A stretch of 64,000 bases of DNA from Syncephalis fuscata S228 (GCA_025786725.1 JAHLTZ010000007.1:558001-622000); one strand, 5' to 3'; positions 38,108 through 50,953 are shown, numbered from the stretch's first letter. The notes: a model not told the origin generated them from the letters alone. Numbers and translations: made by a program.

Positions 38108-40951
38108 ATGTCAGTGCCGCAGTCAGATAGAATCTTTGCGTAAGTTGCACTGCCCAGGTACTTTTATGAATCTTAACAATGGCATTGTTTTAGAGCGATT
38201 GTGTCGGTGGATAAGGAGCTGCGTCAACAGTCAAAAGCCATATCCGATCCATTAGATAAAGAACTCGCAGAGCTTCGTTTAAAGTGAGTCAATTTATGGA
38301 GGTCGTCACTGGCAATATACCACTAACTGTTGGAAATAGACTAAGGGACAATGTGGAACAATTGCTGCTGACGGATATCAAATTGGCTCAGCGCAAAGGT
38401 ATAGAGAACATCATGTGGCGCCGTGTTTTCTACCACGTAATTGAAGAATATCGCCGTCGTGTTAAAAAGGTAAGTTTCTTGTAACTGTTAGTTTGTGGCT
38501 GGTTATCGTTCAAATATTTTTATATTTAATTAATTTTATTTATCTAGTTTCCGGAACAAGATGCCGTTCGCAAAACATCCGAGTATCGACGTGCACGACA
38601 GCAGCTCCGTTCTTTTCTTTATGGTGCTTCGAGTTATTTTAATACATTGCTTAGACGGCTGGTTGAGCGCTATGACTGTCGGACTTGATGCTAGAAGAAG
38701 GCCATCTAGCAGCCAAGAATATCCTAGGAGACAGTATTCAGCTAATGGCGGTTACAGCACCGGTAGCAGCATTGACAACAGCATCAAGATCAAACGCACA
38801 GCATTTTGTACCCGAATCTATTCGAAAGCGGGCTTATCAAACTGTCTATCGATGTTACATATATTTGGGAGATATAGGTAATTATTATTATTATTATAAA
38901 ATATTGACATTTAACACTTTAATATTAATTATACAGCACGATATTCCGAATTGCATAGTGATCGGAAACAAAAACGATGGGCTACCTCTGTGGATTTATA
39001 TAAAAAGGCTCAACGATCTTTTCCCGAGGATGGTAAATTACATACATGTTAATATTATAGTTTATTCACAATAACGATTAAATAGGCAACGCACATAATC
39101 AAATGGCTGTGCTATCCACATATATCAACGATGAATTCTCTGGCGTTTATCATTATTATTGCAGGTAAGATACAACATATACATGGCTGTTTAATTATTT
39201 ATTAATGTAAACATAATAGTATGTCGAGCAGCCAGCCATTTCCTACAGCACAAGAGAATATCAGCCTTTTGCTAGAGCACGTACGTACGTGTACCATCGT
39301 CAAGAACGCTATGCTTGATGCACCACCCATTACCGATACAACATCTACCACTGCTCCATTAGCAGATAATCAGGTCAAAGATATGTTTCGAGTATTTTTA
39401 TCATTACATGCTGCCGTCTATTTCCGTGATAGGTAATTACAGTTATTAATCATCTTATAAGGCTAAATTAATTGACACAATAATTAGTGTAAAACCATTT
39501 GAAAAGATTCAATCAAAACTTTTGAATTTATTTGAAATATGCTGCCAGACCCGCCAACTTGGCCAAGAATCATTAACGCGCATGTTAACCATTAATTTGT
39601 GCGCCCACAACCATACACGCCAACCCATAACTGGAAGTGGCAGTACTATTAATAGCAGCGATAGCAAGCGTAGTCAGAGCAAACACGGATTAAAGAATGA
39701 ACGCCAAAGAGAAACGGTTGAGCTGTTTATTCTGCAGTTTACGCTACATATGATGACTATCATGTTGCGTACCACGGCCAATCGTCTTATTGCCGCCGGC
39801 ACACCTTCAGTAACTCAAGTTGAAGCTATTTCACAGTCCAGTGAAAGTATTAATGGATTGATTTATCGTATACCGCTTAATGTTCGTCGGCTTTTGCCAG
39901 GTTTACGCATTGCTGTCAGCTGGCTACGTACCACTTTTGATCAATTACCTGTATCAGTGGTGGCCCAACGTGCTACTACACTTAAACTACTATCCGATGT
40001 ATTGAATGCCTTGGTTGCCTTGGGAGTGAACCTTGTTGGAAATACCTGACGGTGTAATTTTACTGAAGATATGACTATACGAGGCGCCGCCTATATAGCT
40101 CAAAATGGCGATACAAACCAGAACAATTACAACAATCACTATTGCCACCAACTTCATCAATTATTGACTTGGATGTTTATATTCGTATGGTGCGTTTATT
40201 GCGTGAAGGCAAACGTATGGCAGATATGGTAAGTAACAGTTGCAATAACGTATAGAACAAACAGTAACATAAATCAGGATCAAGGCATAGGCTACACCGA
40301 ATATCCTAATGCCCGTATTGTGTTTTATGGAGAACGTCCCAGAACTGGTGCACCTGAATTTGCACCAAATTCAACATGGCCTGCCGTATTTTCATCCGCA
40401 GCATCTCATCAAGAGATAAAAGATGAAAACCAAGAGAATAAACAAATAAAGAATACAGACGAAGAACTAACGAGATTATACTATTTCAAGGTCATAAATC
40501 CACGTCGGCTATCCAGCATACAATACGCCGACCGCGTATTGATGACAAGCAGCCGGACCAAGAAACAACGATTGGCCAGCACGGTTCGAATGTATCATGG
40601 GATCATTTTAATGGGCCGCGTTTGATAGACTTTCAAGCGATATTTAAACAAGAAGCACCATCGCCCACCAAGGCTATTCCTCACACGACGAATAATAGCC
40701 ATACCAGTAGTGGCAAGCGATTATCTCTACCAACAAGTGACACTTTATTTAGCTGGACACCAAACGACGATCAATTATGGTCGGCGCAACACTCGACTTC
40801 CACCATTGAAGAACATCGAGCGTGGATGGCTGGATTGCGAGGAACCGGCGCAGCAGAAGAATTAACGCCTACTTCTATGTCTAATCAACAGCCACCAACC
40901 TCCAGTAACACGACTCAGCACACATCAGATCATGTATGGCCCAATTACTAA
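38108..40951 (+). CDS. Est1/Ebs1/SMG7-like 14-3-3/TPR NMD factor (no PIN domain seen)
   Basis: GIENIMWRRVFYHVIEEYR, VYRCYIYLGDIARY, YKKAQRSFPEDGNAHNQMAVL, SQPFPTAQENI. About seven introns and several frameshifts; the 3' end is approximate. Confidence 0.85.
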
Positions 40952-41101
40952 TAATTTTAAGTGTATAAATCTAATGTATAACTATTTAGAATCAATGCAC
41001 TAAATCATCAGTTGTGTTTGATAGTTAATCCGGGATTATTTTTTATTTTTTATCTAAATAAATAATTAAATGTGTTTTATTTATTGTCAAGCATTGTCTC
41101 A

Positions 41102-41774
41102 AAAGCACAATTCGTTCCAATCAGAGTCATGCTGTTATGATGTACAACATAGTTATATTACTTTCTATTAAAATATTGTTAATAAATTGATTTAATAAAT
41201 AATGTAACATACTATTTGATTTCTTTGAAACATTTGAGGTTGATTATTGTTGTTGTTGGCCATGTATAGAAAGATTGATCGAATATTAATAGAAGCCATA
41301 TGATTGCAATTTCATATCGTTTCTCATTACTTCTGTTGCCTGTTTGTCATACTGCACATCAAACTGTTATATGATTTATTTCTTTTGTATCTTGTTTCTG
41401 TTTACTTGAACCACACTTGTATATTATAATAATCATATTCAATGATTGCAATTATTTTATTATTTTTATACTTGTAGACCATTTCAACAAAGATATTTAA
41501 CAATTCAGTGTAAAAAGCCTTTTATTTTATTAAATGTTATTTCAACTTCAACTAATACCATAATGTGCATATTTAATTACATTATTGTATTGATAATTAC
41601 ACATGAATTAATCATGTTGGATGCAATATTATACATGTTATAGTGATAAGTGAATGTTTAATTGTATTTAAAAGTGTTGAGGGGTGAAATGGATAAATAA
41701 AAATGTGAGAGTCAAAGTACAGTAGCTCCATTTTTTGATGTGAAATTAGTCAATTTTGATATTTATTGTGTTAC
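41102..41774. repeat. ~670-bp AT-rich repeat, right arm of long inverted repeat
   Basis: Near-identical reverse complement of 35194-35867. Confidence 0.9.
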
Positions 41775-41937
41775 GATAGACAATGTAACACGTGTTTTAA
41801 ATTAAGTAAATTTAATTTAAATAGTAATTATTATTATGAATAAAAATAAAGATTTATTCATCACATATTCGCTCCACTAGTTAGAAATAGATGTTAATGT
41901 GGAAATTATGTTAATGATAAACTAAGTTATGGTCACC

Positions 41938-43302
41938 CTATTGTGGGTATGGCGTGGTGGATGGTGGCGGCATACTAGAAATTGGAATGTTCTCCATGAC
42001 ATTAGGTGTAACAACTGGTTCTGGCATGCCAGTAACTGGAACGCCGGCATAAGAGACAGGTGGATTAATATTAGATGCCATGGATTCATCGCCACGATGA
42101 TTGATAGCTCCTGGTGGATAAGCAACACCTGGCTGGCTGTACATAACACCAGGTTGGCTATATACAACACCTGGCTGACTATAAGCAACGCCAGGTTGGC
42201 TATAAGCAACACTAGGCTGATTATAAACGACACCAGGTTGGCTATAAGCAATGCCAGGTTGATTATAAGGGACGCCAGATTGGCTATAAGGGACACCAGG
42301 CTGATTGTACGCAATACCTGGGTGACCTGGAACGGACATTGGTTGTTGCGCATAAACAACACCAGGTGTTGCAATTGAAACGCCAGTAGTAGGATCAGGC
42401 TCTTTTTCAAAGCCAGTCAACGCGTGCAGCGGATAGAGGCCGAAGGACAAGAAAAGGAGCATGAAGGCATATATAACGTAAGATGATAAAAAAAGACACC
42501 TAGATCCGAAAAAAACATTGAAGCGGACATGCCAATGACTATAAGTAACTGTCTACGCTTAGCACTCATTTCCGGTGTTCCATTGTTAGGTGTCTTGGAT
42601 AACAGCAAGGTAGTTCTGATAGCCAAAACAATATTAGTTACCATTGTCAGGCCATAGCTAGCACGAAACAGTTGTAGAGAAGATACAACGATTCCTGTAA
42701 AAAGTAAGATCCAAGCAACAATAACTAGAAGAGTTCCAATGACAAATAGAACCATGCATCCAACGCCAATTCGGGAAGAATTGCGGCTCGTTTCGGCAGA
42801 CACTTTGACCATGGAACGGCTCCTATTAAAATGTTATTAAATAAATCATAGTTACATTTATTTTTACTTACCATTTGGTCAACAAAAAGGCAGGAATGAT
42901 TTTAAGTATTCCCGAAGAAACTGAAATTACTGGAAATCCAGAAATAAACAAATACGCATTAAATGTGCGATAACCTGCAATCATCAAAATAAAACCAATG
43001 GGACTAAAAAAAGCACCGCCAGCAATATTAAGATGGTGTTTGGTTTTTGTTTGCCTGTAACGAAATATATGAGCGGCAGCAAATCCAATAAATAAAAGCA
43101 TAATTATAATAATTCCGGCATTATTAAAAATTTTGCTTGCACTAATTGCGCCTGAGCCGGAAGAACCAAAACTGCTACCGCCTGATATTTCACTGTTACT
43201 ACCACTACCAGAGCTGCTACTACTACTGAAACCACTCCCGCTACCATGGCTATTAGTACCACCGCTAGTACCACCACTATTAGTTGAGTGGTGAATCGCC
43301 AT
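41938..43302 (-). CDS. Uncharacterised 7TM membrane protein with Gly/Ser-rich N-terminus and (PGVxYxQ)n C-terminal tail, copy 1
   Basis: Two exons (intron ~42871-42823), seven hydrophobic segments and ~10 heptads. One T is missing in a T7 run at 42488-42494 relative to the paralog frame. Confidence 0.75.
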
Positions 43303-44656
43303 GTTGATTGTTTTTAATATAAACTTGTCAAAAAATAACGGCAGATATCAACAAATGTGACAATAAAGCATTATGTTAAAAGTAGAAAATAAAAATGTTG
43401 AGGGTGATACTATTGCACAGAGTAATTATGAGATAACTGGACAAAGTGCTTGTGTTAAATACAAAGCCTAATAGGATGCGTATTGATAGCTATAATAACA
43501 AGAGATTAAACGAATAGAGAAATTCAATAATTGTCAAAAGTGGCATGGGACATATACGCATGGTTTTATAGCACGACATGCAATTAACTTGGAACCTGAA
43601 GGGAGCAGCGTTGGAATAGACTGATGCAAGCCTTGCCTTTGTAAATCTGTCGAGCTAATACTAGCTTGAACTATCCACGTTCACATTTCCATGCGACATG
43701 CACTTTCATGCATGAATGCACCATGTGATAATTCCCGTTTTGTAAATGCCCCATCATTGTTTGCGTACTGTCATATTGCTATCAAAGGGGGAAACTGAGC
43801 AATTCGACAAAGCAGATTAAACAAGTTTATTAATAAATGTTAATGGGTCAACTTTTATAACTAGCGCGACATATTAATTGCGTGGTACGCGGGTACCACG
43901 TGGCCCGAATATGCCGTCGCGCGTACTACCAACGCAGTATTTACATTAAACAGGTAGTCACTTATACATTCCTTAATACTTTTTAGAATGCCCCAAGGAC
44001 TCTTTATTCATGCATATGCATACCAAAAATTTTGAAGAAATGATTGATCTGGGCCTCATGAGCAGAATGTTTAATATGATTGTTTGTACAATAGCACTAG
44101 CCTTTGAGATATATGATTTAATGATGAAACCATTAACTTTTATTTATAGTTGCCTGATTAAAGACAAAGAACAATTTTGTTATTTAATAAACGTGTTTTA
44201 ATACTGATTGCTAGCGTTCGGCGGTATAACAGCCAGTTTGTAGGTCGGATACTGGTTATTATGATTCGCTATAATGATGATAATTTGTATGATGGCAAAT
44301 AACGGAAAAAAATATTGATTATCATCACAGTTAGATTATAATAAACTAATTAGCTTGTATTTCATTAAGTATAAATAAAACAAAACTGTATTGTATTTAT
44401 TGATATTAAACAATATACTGTTACATATTAAACATAACTAATAAAACTCAAAATTTAATATTATTTCATCATTGATGCAACATTTTTTTCAACTATTCAC
44501 GTGCGATGTTAACATATTTGTCTAATTATACGGCGTATTTCTAGCTACATTACTATAAGACTGTAATTATAATATTGGAATAGTAACAATAAGATTATTT
44601 AAAAATAAACTACTTTGCTTCTAATAGCTATAGTCGCTGCAGATATTCTATTTTTA

Positions 44657-44877
44657 TGTATGATATTTTGCCTGAGTATGCGTATAACATATAGCTGGCT
44701 ATTGGCAATGTAAACTGTAGTTGTATTGCATGATGGGGTAATAGTTGTGATAATACGCCAATAAATGTGTAGAAATAGCAGTTTTATACCGTTTATAATT
44801 TATATATTTAAATACAGCAAAATGATTGCCAATAGCCAGCTATATGTTATACGCATACTCATGCAAAATATCATACA
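44657..44877. repeat. 53-bp inverted repeat with 115-bp spacer (MITE-like or hairpin)
   Basis: 44657-44709 versus 44825-44877 are reverse complements with one mismatch. Confidence 0.85.
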
Positions 44878-45253
44878 GTTTTCTTCATTATATGTGAAGC
44901 TATACGTAATCTTAGTAATGTTTTGTTAATTAAACTTTATTACATAAATATACTAGAATTACTCTTTTAATACTAATGTGCACTGGCATAGCATTGGCAC
45001 TACACTTTTACGTTTAAATTTGTAGACTAACACCTTATCGGCATTTTATGATATTATACATAAAAATTAACTATTATTTCATTATATAATTTATTAGTCA
45101 TATGATTATTATAATATGACTAATCTCAGTACATTAGCAATAATTATTATTATGAATAAATCTTTATTTTTATTCATTACATATCTGCTTCGTTATTTAG
45201 AAATGGAAGGAAGTGTGGAAATTATGCTAATGATAAGCTAAGTTATGGTTACC

Positions 45254-46545
45254 CTATTGTGGATATGGTGTGGTGGATGGTGGTAGTGGCACAGAAGTCG
45301 CCGCTGGTGGCTGTGGTGGCATATTAGAGATTGGGATGTTCTCCATGACATTAGGTGTAACAACTGGTTCGGCATGCCAGTAACTGGAACGCCGGCATAA
45401 GAGACAGGTGGATTATATTAGATGCCATGGATTCATCGCCACGATGATTGATAGCTCCTGGTGGATAAGCAACACCTGGCTGGCTGTACATAACACCAGG
45501 TTGGCTATATACAACACCTGGCTGACTATAAGCAACGCCAGGTTGGCTATAAGCAACACTAGGCTGATTATAAACGACACCAGGTTGGCTATAAGCGACA
45601 CCAGGTTGATTGTAGACAACACCAGATTGATCCATGGCGGCAGGTTGAGTGTACACAACACCTGGCTGACCTGGGACAGACATTGGTTGTTGCACGTACA
45701 CGACGCCAGGTGCTATGATTGGAACACCGCTAGCAAAATCAGGCTCATTTTCAAATCCGGTCAACGCGTGTATCGGATAAAGACCAAAGGACAAGAAAAA
45801 GAGAATAAAGGCAAATTCAACGTAGAACGATAATAGAACGCCGCCTAGATCGGAGCAAAACATTGAAATGGACATACCAAGCAGTACAAGTAGCTGCTTG
45901 CGCTTGGTATCCAATCCTGGTGCTCCATTATTGGGTGTTTGTGTGTACAGCCAAGTAGCGGTAACGCCCAAAATAATATTGGCAACTAGTGTCAGGCCAT
46001 AGCCACCACGAAGAAATTCATAAGTGGTATAAACAACTCCACCCAAACCTAAGGCCCAGCCAAGAATAACTATAAGAGTGCCAAGGCCGAATAGACCCAT
46101 GCACGCAACGCCAATTTGGAAGGATTGGCGGCTTGTGTCGGCAAATACTTTGACCATGGAGCGGCTCCTATTAAAATGTTATTGAATAAATCATAGCCAC
46201 GCTTATTTTCACTTACCATTTGGCCAACAAAAAGGCAGAAGTTACTTTAAGTATTCCCGAAGAAAGTACAAATACTGGAAACCCAGAAGCAATTAAAAGT
46301 GGATCAAGAAGCTTGCCACCTGCAATCATCAAAGCAAAACTAATTATGCCAATAAAAGCACCACCTGCAATTGTAAGATGATGCTTAGTCTTTGTTTGAG
46401 TGTGGCGATATACATGGCCAGCTGCAAACCCAATAAACAAGACCATAATTATAATGACTCCGACATCAATGACGCCGCTACTCGAGCTTGAGCCGGAAGA
46501 ACTAAAACCACCACTACTACTAGTAGAAGAGCGTTTAATTGCCAT
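45254..46545 (-). CDS. Uncharacterised 7TM membrane protein with (PGVxYxQ)n tail, copy 2
   Basis: Same two-exon structure and hydrophobic pattern as copy 1. Two single-base deletions near 45370 and 45415 break the frame before the shared STTPYPQ* end. Confidence 0.75.
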
Positions 46546-48639
46546 GTTGGTTGTTTTTTAATATAAACTTGTTAAGAATAACGGCAAATAACGAAGATAT
46601 TAACAAATGTGATAATGAAGTACTATGTTAAAAGTAGAAAATAAAAGGTGTTGAGAGCGATACTAGTGCACAGACTAATTGTGAAATACGTGATCAAAGT
46701 GCTTGTGCTAAATACAAAGCCTAATAAGATGTGTAAGCAATAGTTATGGCAACAAGAAATGGAGTGAATAGAAAATTCAATGATTGCCGAAAGTGGCATG
46801 GGACATTGGCGCACAGTTTTATAGCGTGGCATGCAATTAATTTGAATTCCGAAAAAAACAGCGCTGGAATAGCCTGACGCAAGCCTTGCCCTTGTGAGTC
46901 AGTAAAGCTTGGACTGACTTTGGCATTTACATCCATATCTTTATGCGGCATGTCTTTCCTTACAAGTACACTGTGTAACAGCTCACCTTTTGTAATGGCT
47001 TTTTACCGTTTATGTATTGCCAACTCGGCATTTGCATTAGATAGACGGCTGCTTATGTGCTATGGCTATTTTTGGAATGCCCCAAGAATTCTTTATTCGT
47101 GCATATGCATACTGGGAATCGCAAAGGAACGATTGATCAGCGCATCATGAGTAGAACCTGTAAAATGGCCGTTTGTACAATGAGATTAACCGTTGCGGTA
47201 TATAGTTTAATGGTGAAACCATAAGCTTTTATTTGCAATTATTTGATTATATAAAGACAAAGAACAGCCATTAGTGCTAATACTGATCGATCCAAGGATG
47301 AGTGTACATGTGAAAATCACTAAAAAGGCGCAGTTTAGAAATGCCTGGGCTCATTCTTTATTTAGCCTTTAATAAACGTGTTTTAATACTGGTTGCTAAG
47401 GCTCGACAGTCCGACTGCCAGTTTGTAAGTCAGGCGTCAGTTATTATGATTAGGCTATAATGATAATGATTTGGATGATGGCAAATAATGAAAATAGTCG
47501 GATTGGTTTAATGTACACAAATAACATGTGAATGTTATAAAGATTACCGATAGAACACACGCACGCGCTACAATGTACAAATCAATATTAAATATCTCAG
47601 CGTAATTGCATTTTGTTATAAAATTTACTGTACAGAGCACTTGGTTGTTTAGTGTGACTACACACATATCTACACACACATAGAAATATTGATACATTTT
47701 AACGAACATACACGCAGGCACAGTAAATAATATAGCAAAATAGATATATTGATTAGCAAACGCACTTATGTACTAAAGTAGACTATATGAATATTATAAA
47801 GCATAAATATTGCTATTTCAGACCCTTGATAGAATAGAGTGCAAACTATACATAGTGTACTAAATAATAATAGATAAAGTAATGGTAATTAGCAAATTTA
47901 TACCAAATAAATATTTGACAGATAGTTAACTACAGCGAATAGAGCACGTTCGCTACATAATAGTGTGTATACGGTAAACAGAGCGAGCAAGTAAAAGTGT
48001 ATAAATAGTGAAGGAGTTACAGTGTAAATAGCTTAGTTGATAGAATGAATGAGAGTCGAGATTCACAAATAATAGGACCAGCAACAAGCTTTAAAGTTTT
48101 TTAAATAGGACACAGACATTGAATAGTAGAATATTACATAGCGTAATAAATATGCAAAGTAAAGGGAATAAATGAATGAGGCGAAGTTGAAGAGATAAGA
48201 ATGCAGAATAAAGCGCTATCATTGTCGTGGATAGAATAGGCGGCATAGTTATGGTGATCACACAATATGTTTGGCAGTTATACTTTCAGTGCATATTTAT
48301 AACTACATGTTAGCCTTATGCTTAAAACTTACTATGCATAATGGCTAGTACTTGGCTGTAAGCTAGCCTATCCATTGCATATGGCTATACTTTTATGAAT
48401 AAGCTGCAAATAGATTTTTTTCATTTTTCTGTATATATCACCAATAACTACTATTAATTTATCTATACATGCTTAAACTTGCCGTTTCGACAAACATCCA
48501 CTTCAGGCCTTACTGTCGTTTAAGATTTTATCAACTATTCTGCATAGCCTAGTGTATTGTTGTAAAAATGTCACAGTTGGTTTCAAAGTGGGTGATTTTA
48601 GAATGTCCCATAATCGGACTTGGCTGTGATCAATTGAGT

Positions 48640-50400
48640 CATTATTTTTGGTAACAGCGGTCAGCGTGACTCTTTGAAGTTTTTTTTCGCTTAATTTGCT
48701 GCGAGCGTGGCATTAACACAATTCGTTGTGTTATTATCTTGTCGTTTATGCTGCAATTGGTAGGCACGTTTTGTGCAGACCAGTTGCTAGTTGCTCGCCT
48801 TCCCAATAGCGATAGAACAACCGCGGATCCATAGTACGTGAAACGCTCGTGTCTGTAAGACATAATCGCGTGTCATGCCTCCAAAGATCGCTACATTCTA
48901 TCTCAGGATAACATTCAGTTGTGATAATTGAAAAACATTGCCCAGACAAGTGTATATTGCATTGTATATATACTATTATTCAAACCATTATTAGTTTCAT
49001 GTATATATACACTAAGCACCAAAAATTATATTTGCAATATAGATGGGCAGTTTATAACAACAACCTAAACCAAATATAATTATTGGTAAATAGACTTATA
49101 TCCAAATAAGATTGCCATTTCTACAAAGAATTTATATAAATACCTATTAGAATGTTGCGCAGCCGATTATTAAATAAAAATTACGATAATATACGATTGA
49201 TTAATCATTTACCTATTCGTTTGATTTATAATTCATTACTTAATTTCTATAATGTGCCAAAAGGTAGTATATTCTATAGCATAGTAATCTCTAGTATCAA
49301 ATATCTTTATTCGATATTTAATCTTTGTACAGCGCTTATTACTTTGCTGTTAGTATGGACATTTCGCGCTATTATAAATACCATTTATCGACTAGATATC
49401 CAACGATTTACGTCGCACATGTCTCTCTTTCTATTTCTTCATACTGATTACATCTATCAAATAAATACATTTATATACTTTACATATATTACTAAAAAGT
49501 CCATTGAGCGCTTTATTTTACTATAAAGCTTTGGATATGTTGCACTAATAATAATGTACCTGGCTCAGCAATAGCACATTTTATTGTTGTGTTGATGTTG
49601 CGACTCTTTTCAACAATTGCACTAACAGTGTTACGGTTCTTGCCGCAGCTCTGGTCTCCTTGCTCGCTAGCTCGTTTTTTTTGTTATGACGTTTATTTTC
49701 TATTGTATTCTCGCCTTGCTCGTTTGCTAACAGCCCTGGCCATCATTGTATCCCGTATTTTGGATGCTGGCTTCGGCCTGTGCTTGTTGGCTTGCCAGAA
49801 TACCGGATTGCTCATACAATGGAGCTAAAACATCGCACACGTCATGTGGTACATGACCATTTAAATGTCCATATCTAGCAAGAGGGAGCTTAGTATGTCG
49901 GCCATTGTCGTAGCCTCCAGCATGCTTAAGGAGTAAAGATATTCCAAATAGTATTTTACTGCTAGCATGGTTAACACCATATCTTTTACTGCCCCGTAGA
50001 TTGCCTAAGATAGACGTAGTGTTGCATATTTACTGCGAGTCGTCAATGGACTATTTCATATGTGCAACGCCTGGTTTTATTTGTTACATGTTGTTCAAGT
50101 CTGGTTTACGATGCTTTATCAAAGGAAAGACGCACAAGACAGCCCTCAAACGCTCAAGCGCTTGTTTCAGGAACTATGTTTACAGCCACTAGCAAAGCGT
50201 TAAATAATAAATTCAAAACTAGCGGGCTACACGTAGTAGACGTAGGCAAATTAATTACGCGAAACGTATCAAACGTTTCACTTGGCTTGGTTAAGTACAG
50301 AAGCCTTCTAAGAATCTAATCTACCACTTTGTTGGATGCAACTACCTGGGTGCTACTATGCTTTTAGTCAATTGTATTATTATGGCTTGAAGAGTTTTGG
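48640..50400 (-). pseudogene. Possible decayed Crypton-like element (NDC10-II/tyrosine recombinase-like plus GCR1_C-like fragments)
   Basis: Broken minus-strand frames give LKHAGGYDNGRHTKLPLARY...VPHDVCDVLAPLYE, RAAARTVTLLVQLLKKSR and, further 3', SVSRTMDPRLFYRYWEG...GL...PIAA. Resemblance judged from memory only. Confidence 0.25.
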
Positions 50401-50953
50401 CCAAAGCCTAAAGAGCAAGTCCTTTGCATTTTAGTACATGGCTAAATAATAATAAGAGCAAGTAGCTTCGATATACTATCGTATGATTATGGGGCGTGTT
50501 AGTACAGCATGCAAAACATAACAAGTTATTTGACCAATAACGGCGAAATAAACCAGAAACTTCATGCATTTTAGTTGTTCTTTTTTGTATAATGAACTTG
50601 AACTTGCAGCTAATCACGCTGACAAAAACAAGTTTATTGCTAAAACAACATCACCTGAATCATGCAACGGACTAAACTTCAATTTACCATCTTTCTTATT
50701 GTTAGTATTTACAAACCAAGTAACAGAAAAGCGTTAATATTTGTGACATCAAAGCTCCGTACTATTATAAAGCAACATACACATTGTAGTATTTAAACGA
50801 CGTATACTTATACCCAATCGTCGACAGTATCAACAACAAAAGTCAATAATTTCTCATTAATTACCACCAAATCCCTCAAATTCTCTTTGCAATAGTGCAT
50901 TAATTCTACTTTTATATTTTCTAGCCAACAACACTATTGTATCGCTGTGCAAA

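Larger units (their letters stand above)
41826..47495. repeat. Direct tandem segmental duplication (~41826-44305 and ~45143-47495)
   Basis: Colinear similarity covers the 3' flank, the whole gene with a shared intron, and about 1 kb of upstream DNA. Confidence 0.85.

Noticed and set aside
42110-42370. 21-nt tandem repeats as a CRISPR-like or non-coding array
   Set aside because: There are no unique spacers, and variation follows codon structure on the minus strand, so this is a protein repeat. The overlapping ORFs 41929-42378, 41922-42410 and 45408-45833 are shadows of it.
49152-49526. 124-aa ORF
   Set aside because: I/L/F/Y/N-rich composition typical of AT-rich non-coding DNA; no domain features.
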